Positions 57,782 through 64,000 of a DNA stretch of 64,000 nt are shown here, one piece after another. This DNA is from Candidatus Zixiibacteriota bacterium (GTDB lineage: Bacteria; Zixibacteria; MSB-5A5; JAABVY01): NCBI GenBank assembly GCA_011056555.1, contig DSEQ01000034.1, forward strand, positions 11-64,010, given 5' to 3'. A program made the translations under genes and the position numbers. Within the stretch, counting starts at the first letter, position 1. Each line of letters begins with the position of its first letter. The notes under the pieces were generated by a model that ran no database searches, was not told the origin of the DNA, and saw nothing but the letters and a program-made list of their open reading frames with translations.

Positions 57782-60324
57782 TAAGCTTCACCTCCCATAC
57801 GCTCCCCTTCGGTTTCCAGAATTCTCTTCAGACGGAAATATATCGATTCTATCGTATCCTCATCCAGCTCCACTTCTTCTTCATCCTGTACCGCTTCCAA
57901 TGGCGAACGCACCTGCTCCGATCTTTCATCATCCAGATCAATCAATGAAAGGCCGTAATCCTGAAGCCTGGAGGAAGTTCTTTGAGTCGTGCTTCCGACC
58001 TGATCCGGAAGCCCTTCGCCGGCATGACGCTGTATTGCGTCACCAACCTCAAATGGCGGACGATCCCATCCCCTCGGCATACGGCGCTGCAGTTGGGGAA
58101 GGTTGAACGGCAGGCTGCCGCTGCCCAGAGCAGGGGAAATATCCTGCATCGAACCGCCCGGAGCAGCGCCTCCTGAAGCTTCCTCTTGTACTCCACCTCC
58201 TCGTCCTATAAGATCTCCGATATCTCCCATCAGTCCTTCTGCTCCTTGAGCCAACCGCCCCAGGCGGCCGCCGACAAGTGAGCCGATGCGGCCGGCAGCG
58301 CCGGAAGTTGCTCTTTGCAAAAAGCCGCCCGCGATTGAACTTAGCCCCCCCGCGAAGCTGGAAGCTCTTTCCACGAGCCCCCGGGACAAATCTGCCGCGC
58401 GAGAAGCCGCGGAACCCGGGCCTCCTGCCGCACCGGGGACGCTCGATATAAACGAGCTGGCACGGGAGAGTCCTCTGCTCAATAGATCGCCGACACTTCC
58501 CGCCGCCCTTCCAGGGCCCGCGCCAGAATCTGACCTCGGAGATCCTTCAGGAGTAGCTGACAGTGCTGATTCTTCGCCAGTTCCGATTCCCAATGCGCTC
58601 GCTATGCCGGAAAGACCGCCTGCGAGTCCTCTTGCTCCGGAAACGAGAGCTGAAACCGAGGGCAGTGCGGTTGTCCCGGAAGTACCTCGCGCCAGTTGAC
58701 CTGGAAGCCGGGAGTCGGCCTGGCCGGTTCCCCCCGATCCTGACGGCCGGAGCAGCTGCCCTAGCCTCTCCCCAATTTGACCGGCAAAGCCGCGTGTGAG
58801 TCTGCCGATGACATCCCCTGCAAGTAAGGACTGTCCGGACGCGGCTGGTCCTGGAATCGCTTCGTGACTTTCAGAGGCCGAGGACAATCTCTCAGAAGAT
58901 ACATGGCTCATCCTGCCGAGAATAACTGCGGACGGCGTTTCACGCCCGATGGTTTCAGCTCGATACCTGGCAATAACGCCCAGTGGATCCTGGGTCGGCG
59001 ATTCAAGCACACGTTCGATCCTGCCCTCACGCAGGACAGGCGAAATTCGGGAAGGCGCTGTCGATCCTGCGGCAATCTTGAACGGCTTGATGTGCCTCTC
59101 GACCATCGAGTCGAAATCCCGTTCAATAGCCAGGATCGCCTCCTCGACGGCTCCCTGCTCCCGGGACTTTGTGATAATCTCTTCCATTTTTGGAAGCAGG
59201 GATTCCACAGCCTTCCGTGCAGGTTCCGACCTGGGAAGCTGCATCCGGCTCCTGAGAGCTCTCGCGAAAGATCTGGCCCGGTCGATTTTTTTGCCGGCAG
59301 CAAAAATGTATGCCGGGCTTATTTCCTCAATCGGATGCCCGCTGCTCTCCGCCTTAAGACAGACATCTTCAGCAAATTCCCGGCTGCCCATAACAGGAAG
59401 AGCGGGCAAATCTTCTGCGGCCCCTTTTGTTTTTCCCACTCGTCGGCCGGGCAGGAAATAACCGAGGCCGAGGTCGGATTGTGCTGATCCTACCGGTTGG
59501 GCCATCTCATCGCTAATCAGATCGGCAGCCTCTGTCATCTCGATCTCCCGGAACGGTTCAATAAGCGTAAACCGTCTCCTGGATATGGCCGCTGACACCG
59601 GGGCTTCCATGAAATAATCTTTTTGGGCCAGGACTGTTGTCCTGAGTGTTGCCCATTTGCCCCTGCGAGAGAGATAAACAAAATCCCCCTCATAAATATA
59701 AAAACCCTCAAATTCAGGACCCGCAGGAGGCTCCGGCATATATTTGCCGACGATTTCATCAATATATTTATCAACCACGGATACTTTTGCGATGAAGTGA
59801 TCAATCCGGCTTTCCGCAATAAACGGATGAATAGTCATTATTCTCTTTTCATCCAGGATAGAAAATATAGGCCGATCATATTTCTGGCCGATCTCATCCG
59901 AGAATCCCACCGATCCCGGCTGAAAATCAGCCCCGGGTCCGGCCCCCGTGACAGATGCTTGCTGAGCCGCTTCCTCCCTCTTCTCTTCACCGCCAAGGAG
60001 AATGCGCGTATTGAAGTTGACATATGGATGCTCCTCGATCAGCGCGGGCGGTCCAAAGATCAGTTTGCCGTCGGCGGCTGTCTCATAAGGAGATTGTATA
60101 TCCAGGCTGAAATCGAATCTGTCAGCCGGCAGGCCGGTGGCAAATTCAGCCAGCTGGGCAAAATGGTTGCAGATCTGCTCCCCGTTACGTTTGAGCCTCT
60201 GGCCCTCCCGCAATGCGGCGAGGCTGGTACGTTCCGGGAGCGATTCAAAAATCCGCTTTTCGGCAAGATGCTCTTCCATCCTGCGCTTGAGCTCACGTAA
60301 TTTGTTTATCCAGAGCTTATCCAT
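57781..60324 (-). CDS. large protein in tape-measure position with Gly/Ser/Ala-rich degenerate repeats (candidate tail tape measure protein)
   Basis: 847 aa; C-terminal half is low-complexity with recurring S-R-G-L..A-S-S-F / G-G-L-S-x-I-A-x-G units; sits between tube and hub genes as TMP does in P2-like tails; 1-nt TAATG overlaps on both sides. Confidence 0.45.
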   Translation of the reverse strand: MDKLWINKLRELKRRMEEHLAEKRIFESLPERTSLAALREGQRLKRNGEQICNHFAQLAEFATGLPADRFDFSLDIQSPYETAADGKLIFGPPALIEEHPYVNFNTRILLGGEEKREEAAQQASVTGAGPGADFQPGSVGFSDEIGQKYDRPIFSILDEKRIMTIHPFIAESRIDHFIAKVSVVDKYIDEIVGKYMPEPPAGPEFEGFYIYEGDFVYLSRRGKWATLRTTVLAQKDYFMEAPVSAAISRRRFTLIEPFREIEMTEAADLISDEMAQPVGSAQSDLGLGYFLPGRRVGKTKGAAEDLPALPVMGSREFAEDVCLKAESSGHPIEEISPAYIFAAGKKIDRARSFARALRSRMQLPRSEPARKAVESLLPKMEEIITKSREQGAVEEAILAIERDFDSMVERHIKPFKIAAGSTAPSRISPVLREGRIERVLESPTQDPLGVIARYRAETIGRETPSAVILGRMSHVSSERLSSASESHEAIPGPAASGQSLLAGDVIGRLTRGFAGQIGERLGQLLRPSGSGGTGQADSRLPGQLARGTSGTTALPSVSALVSGARGLAGGLSGIASALGIGTGEESALSATPEGSPRSDSGAGPGRAAGSVGDLLSRGLSRASSFISSVPGAAGGPGSAASRAADLSRGLVERASSFAGGLSSIAGGFLQRATSGAAGRIGSLVGGRLGRLAQGAEGLMGDIGDLIGRGGGVQEEASGGAAPGGSMQDISPALGSGSLPFNLPQLQRRMPRGWDRPPFEVGDAIQRHAGEGLPDQVGSTTQRTSSRLQDYGLSLIDLDDERSEQVRSPLEAVQDEEEVELDEDTIESIYFRLKRILETEGERMGGEA

Positions 60325-60767
60325 TATGCTGTCGCAAGTTCCAGTCCTTCGTGCGCCAAAGTCAAGGATTCTATTAATGTTGTCGTCTTATCCGACCGCA
60401 GCTCCGGAATATTCCAGCTGATCGGAAAAGCGCGCTGGAAATTCCATCTTTTGATTTCGGTTCCATCGGTCGCCAGAAGAATTATTGAGCCCGACTTCCG
60501 TTCCAGGGGCTCGTTCTTCTCGATCGAATCCGCCAGCCATTTAAAAAGGGAATCGCTGTCGACATAGCCTCGCTTGAGTGTAATATTGGTCTGTATGGAA
60601 TGCCCCGGAAATTTCAAGGTGCGCGTGTTCTCTCCACCTTCATGATACTCGAAGACATCCCTTTTCTGTTCGAGTCCCTGTACGCTGGTGAAATGAGCCT
60701 CGGCGATACCGTCAATCTCGATCTTGAAATTCAGGTTTACCCTGTGATCTTTCCTCTCAATCGGCAT
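60324..60767 (-). CDS. contractile tail tube protein (T4 gp19 / Afp1/5-like)
   Basis: 147 aa; FKIEIDGIAEAHFTSVQGLEQKRDVFEYHEGGENTRTLKFPGHSIQTNITLKRGY, the gp19-family signature. Confidence 0.85.
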   Translation of the reverse strand: MPIERKDHRVNLNFKIEIDGIAEAHFTSVQGLEQKRDVFEYHEGGENTRTLKFPGHSIQTNITLKRGYVDSDSLFKWLADSIEKNEPLERKSGSIILLATDGTEIKRWNFQRAFPISWNIPELRSDKTTTLIESLTLAHEGLELATA

Positions 60768-60770
60768 ATG

Positions 60771-62519
60771 CTATTCTTCCTGGGTCTCCATCGTCTTTTG
60801 CGATACCCTGACAATGATGAATTCAGCCGGGCGCACGATGGCCACTCCGACTTCGATTATCAGTTCTCCCCTGTCACGCACCTCCGGTGGATTGGTCTCC
60901 TCATCAACCTTGATATAGAATGCTTCTTCGACATTTTCTCCCTGAAGGTACCCTTTCTTCCAGAGGCTCTTCAGAAAGAAAAAGACCAGGCGTTTGACGC
61001 TTTCCCACAGCTCGGGCCGATTCGGCTCAAAGGTCACCCATTGAGTGCCCTGTTCGATTGACTCCGAGATCATATTGAACGTGCGCCGTACATTTATATA
61101 CCTGAATGCGGCGTCGGAAGAAAGCGTACGCGCCCCCCAGACGCGAATTCCGCGTCCCGGAAACGCCAGCACCGTGTTGATACCGTCGGGATTCAGAATC
61201 TCCGTATCAGATTGCATCAGGGGGTATTCGGTGTCGACAATGCCCTCTATTTCACGGTTTGCAAATGAGTGATGCGTGCCTGAGGCGAGGTCCAGAGCAG
61301 CCATCATTCCCGCCACATACCCGGAAGGAGGCACCAGCTTCATCGGCAGCATCTGCTCTACTTGAGAAACTTTGGCCTTAAGCCAGGGATAGGCCACTGC
61401 CGCACAGGAAGAATCGAACTCCTCGCGCCAGATCTGCACATTCTTTATGTCCTGCAGGGGAGGAGAATCAATCAGCAGAAAGCGGTATTTGGAATTTTCG
61501 ACATAGTCGATGGCCGCCCGCAAGACCGCGCTCACACCTTTTTTCCCGCCGAATGCGGTGCTTTCCTGATGAGTATACAGGTCGGGCAACGCAATGATGC
61601 GCCCCTCCTCCAGCTCAACCAGAAGGCGCAGGCCGAATCTATTTCCGGATTTTTCCGACAGGCCGATATAATCGTCCGGAATAATGGTCGAAATGCCGTC
61701 CCTTCCTCCCTTCAAGATCAGCTTGCCGGGTTTTGGAAAGGCCCTTATCCTGTCTCCGACAAATTGCATCCTTACAAAACGGGATCCCTTATTCACAGAA
61801 TCCACAATGAACCTTTTCGAGTTGGTACCTGGAGAAAGATTGCCAAGACTTTCCTTCTGGCCGCCATAGCGGATTTGCAGGTCAAACCTTATCGGGCTGA
61901 TTTCAGTTCGTTCGCCTGAGGGATAGCGCCTTCGCAAGCCGGCCTCGGCCAGCTCGATTGTCTGTCCTCTAACCTGCGCAATCTCCACGTGTTCGACATT
62001 TCCACCTGATTTAATCCGAACTATATCCCCTCTGACGAAATGCCTGGCATTGGCCAGCCGGATGCTTTTGCTGGAACGGTCCAGATTCTGCTCAGGATAG
62101 GTTTTAATTTTCTGGCGTGAAGGCTGAATTTCCAGCGTGACCTTATTGCCCCAGGTACCGCCGGATGAGGCCCGCACCTTATAAAGCGGCGTTTGTTCAA
62201 GCGACTTAAAACTTCCCGAGGCGGTCTCGACCACTTCTTCGTTGCGGCGGCGGACCACATGCGCAATCCTGATAATGTAGCACTCCCTGCCTCCATTCAA
62301 AAAGAAGCCGTAAACCGCGTAGGGCAGGTAGCTGCCCGGCAGAAAACTGCCGAAATAATTCTTGAAATCATTGAAGGAACTTATGCGCAATGCTTTCCCC
62401 ACCGGCCCGCGTTCTGCGAGGCCCAGGAAAACCGCACAATCGGTCTTGACTACTTCGAGGTAGCGTTCCCCGCGACTCTCTTTTTCAATATGTACGCCGG
62501 GTGCATAGTATTCAGGCAT
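60771..62519 (-). CDS. contractile tail sheath protein (gp18 / Afp2-4-like)
   Basis: 582 aa; N-terminal YAPGVHIEKES and C-terminal ..AFPGRGIRVWGARTLSSD, the sheath signatures. Confidence 0.9.
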   Translation of the reverse strand: MPEYYAPGVHIEKESRGERYLEVVKTDCAVFLGLAERGPVGKALRISSFNDFKNYFGSFLPGSYLPYAVYGFFLNGGRECYIIRIAHVVRRRNEEVVETASGSFKSLEQTPLYKVRASSGGTWGNKVTLEIQPSRQKIKTYPEQNLDRSSKSIRLANARHFVRGDIVRIKSGGNVEHVEIAQVRGQTIELAEAGLRRRYPSGERTEISPIRFDLQIRYGGQKESLGNLSPGTNSKRFIVDSVNKGSRFVRMQFVGDRIRAFPKPGKLILKGGRDGISTIIPDDYIGLSEKSGNRFGLRLLVELEEGRIIALPDLYTHQESTAFGGKKGVSAVLRAAIDYVENSKYRFLLIDSPPLQDIKNVQIWREEFDSSCAAVAYPWLKAKVSQVEQMLPMKLVPPSGYVAGMMAALDLASGTHHSFANREIEGIVDTEYPLMQSDTEILNPDGINTVLAFPGRGIRVWGARTLSSDAAFRYINVRRTFNMISESIEQGTQWVTFEPNRPELWESVKRLVFFFLKSLWKKGYLQGENVEEAFYIKVDEETNPPEVRDRGELIIEVGVAIVRPAEFIIVRVSQKTMETQEE

Positions 62520-62575
62520 TAATGTTCTTCCATGAACTTCGATGCGGCCGAACCTTCACACAAAAGAACGGCCGT

Positions 62576-63481
62576 CTATTTCATTAAATTTAACAAGTCA
62601 ACTGTCTCTGTTTCAAATCCATCCGGTGCCTCAAACACAGACTCTGAAATCTTGTCGAAAGTCATGTCGACCAGTACGGAATTGAATCTGATATTGAACG
62701 CCATCGAGGGCACATCCATATTCTCAGACCACAATTCAACTGTCACATTGAAGGCCATTTCTACATAAAGATATTGCCAGAGATCAAGATAGCTGTCCAT
62801 ATATGAACCGCTGATCCCAAACCTGCCGACAATCCTCTTAAATAGGTTCCACACTTCCGGAGTCAGATAAATTTCCATCATACTCGTAATCGCATTCCGG
62901 TATTCATCATAATTGGGAAAATCGTCTGTCATCCATGAGGTGCCGTTCACACTGAATCTTATCTCGCCCGGGAGCTGCGGTAGGGGAGGATTGGCGCTCC
63001 CCTCCAGAGTGAAAACGACCTCATTGCAATCATAACCTGAGATCTTCCGGCTGTTCCCGGTCTCATTCATCTCGGCCTTATCAATACTGACATATTGCGT
63101 GGCTATCTCAAGGAAGTGATCCAATGTGTCCATGAGCATTGTGAAAGTGTCCGATGAGAAAAACCGATCCAGGCCCGACAGGTTTATCAGCTTGCAGGTT
63201 GAATCGGTCCAGTTGCAGAAACGAATCAGCTCGTTCACAGTATTCATATAGGTGCTTGACCTGAACGAGATGGCAGTATCCCCAACATCCATCTGCCCTT
63301 CGGTCGCAGTGATAACATCATTTCCGCGAATGCCTGTTATCTGGTTAATCTCGAATACTCTCAGAAACGGGATTCCGGACACAGAGGATTTCATCTCTAC
63401 CGTGATGTCGGCGTTCGCGCCGGGGCATGCAAAAATACTGAGCGCCAGAGTAATACATACCGCATTTAATATCTTTTTCAT
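62576..63481 (-). CDS. secreted hypothetical protein (paralog A), signal peptide
   Basis: 301 aa; MKKILNAVCITLALSIFACPGANA signal; paralogous to the next upstream ORF (GTSWMTDDFPNYDEY vs NEWISTDFPVADTY; SMAFNIRFNSVLVDMTFDKISESVFEAPDGFE vs AMSWTMKFETSCLNISFDKVLDEEFEIPRGFR). Confidence 0.5.
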   Translation of the reverse strand: MKKILNAVCITLALSIFACPGANADITVEMKSSVSGIPFLRVFEINQITGIRGNDVITATEGQMDVGDTAISFRSSTYMNTVNELIRFCNWTDSTCKLINLSGLDRFFSSDTFTMLMDTLDHFLEIATQYVSIDKAEMNETGNSRKISGYDCNEVVFTLEGSANPPLPQLPGEIRFSVNGTSWMTDDFPNYDEYRNAITSMMEIYLTPEVWNLFKRIVGRFGISGSYMDSYLDLWQYLYVEMAFNVTVELWSENMDVPSMAFNIRFNSVLVDMTFDKISESVFEAPDGFETETVDLLNLMK

Positions 63482-63505
63482 CTCTCGTCCTGTTGTTTAT
63501 TTTTA

Positions 63506-64000
63506 TTATACATCTTTATCCAGGGCAAACCATTTCTCAAGTCCGGGTATAACAAAAGTCCCGATTTTGCTAAAGGCATTGTGGACCTTTCGAAATCCTC
63601 TGGGGATCTCGAATTCCTCATCCAGTACTTTATCAAACGAGATATTGAGGCAGCTTGTTTCAAACTTCATGGTCCAGGACATCGCGGGCACAGGCTCGCC
63701 CTTGAGGTCACTCTGACCGGACGCTCCCATCTCTATTGTCAGATACAAGCTGCCTTCCAGCACAAGATAAGTGAAAATATCAAACACATGGTCAATTACG
63801 CTGTCCGAAGCATCCATACTGCGAAGAATTTCAGAATAATCACCGAAGAGATTTCTTGTCATAGAGGAGGGCATCCCGCTGAGAAATCGCCGGGAGTGAG
63901 AATATGTATCGGCCACAGGAAAATCGGTCGAAATCCATTCATTCCCCCTGATGACAATTCGAAGCGGCATGATGCTCTCATCAAGAAGCGGGGCTTTGGC
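63506..64000 (-). CDS. secreted hypothetical protein (paralog B), 5' end outside the window
   Basis: reading frame stays open to the window edge (..AKAPLLDESIMPLRIVIRGNEW..); aligns to the C-terminal ~130 residues of paralog A, so about 170 N-terminal residues lie beyond position 64000. Confidence 0.45.
   Translation of the reverse strand, partial: AKAPLLDESIMPLRIVIRGNEWISTDFPVADTYSHSRRFLSGMPSSMTRNLFGDYSEILRSMDASDSVIDHVFDIFTYLVLEGSLYLTIEMGASGQSDLKGEPVPAMSWTMKFETSCLNISFDKVLDEEFEIPRGFRKVHNAFSKIGTFVIPGLEKWFALDKDV

Noticed and set aside
58286-59500. Gly/Ser/Ala/Arg-rich stretch in the 847-aa protein as a collagen-like or PE/PPE-like repeat, or an assembly artefact
   Set aside because: No Gly-X-Y periodicity. 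The repeats are degenerate rather than identical, so not a collapsed tandem repeat. It stays in frame for over 1 kb with coupled neighbours.
52628-62519. Canonical type VI secretion system (T6SS-i/ii/iii)
   Set aside because: The sheath is a single gp18-like protein rather than TssB/TssC. The tube is gp19-like rather than Hcp. A tape-measure-like protein and LysM hub are present. No TssM/L/J, TssK, TssA or ClpV appear in the window.
40747-64000. Interpretation of the tail-gene cluster as an ordinary integrated myovirus prophage
   Set aside because: No capsid, portal, terminase, integrase, tRNA att site or holin/endolysin in 23 kb. The genes are translationally coupled to a kinase/phosphatase/FHA block and a PAAR tip is present. 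This cannot be fully excluded because the upstream end is outside the window.
1-64000. CRISPR arrays, rRNA operons, IS elements and transposases
   Set aside because: No direct-repeat/spacer periodicity, no rRNA-like conserved stretches, and no transposase or integrase-like ORFs were seen anywhere in the window.

Overview
This 64 kb window appears to come from an uncultivated Gram-negative bacterium, most likely in the FCB group and probably an anaerobe. The placement rests on an SprA-like T9SS giant outer-membrane protein, the rplU-bamA-skp-lpxD operon, LolCDE, split class-I fumarase and an mcsA-mcsB-clpC operon. It has two parts.

Positions 1-40.7 kb are ordinary core genome. They hold recG, murB, the SprA-like 2000-aa protein, comEA, coaD, lysS, lolCDE, mcsA-mcsB-clpC, rpmA, an aminotransferase, fumA/fumB, an AsnB-like amidotransferase, a NifX-like protein, uvrB, a radical-SAM fusion protein, a PASTA-only protein with rpe, and the ffh-rpsP-KH-rimM-trmD-rplS ribosome-biogenesis operon.

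Positions 40.7-64.0 kb hold one minus-strand operon of at least 23 kb that continues past the window edge. Most adjacent genes are separated by 0-30 nt (one 56-nt gap upstream of the sheath gene, with several 1-4 nt start/stop overlaps), and it ends on a bidirectional terminator shared with rplS. It encodes a phage-tail-like contractile injection system: gp18-like sheath, gp19-like tube, an 847-aa tape-measure-like protein, a LysM tube-initiator hub, gpV/VgrG-like spike, PAAR, gp25/W, a 1011-aa baseplate-J protein, a gpI-like protein carrying a PASTA-like domain, and a 513-aa unknown. These are followed directly by a Hanks Ser/Thr kinase, a PP2C phosphatase and five FHA-domain proteins. Nearly all of these signalling proteins are single-pass membrane proteins whose periplasmic parts are an NHL beta-propeller with a vWA-like domain, an SLT lytic transglycosylase, or PEGA repeats.

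No capsid, terminase, integrase, T6SS TssB/C, Hcp, TssM or ClpV genes appear in the window. My reading is that this is a membrane-anchored, threonine-phosphorylation-controlled CIS of a kind that, as far as I know, has not been described, so it is the main object of interest. Two paralogous signal-peptide proteins lie immediately upstream of the sheath gene. No rRNA, tRNA or CRISPR arrays were seen.
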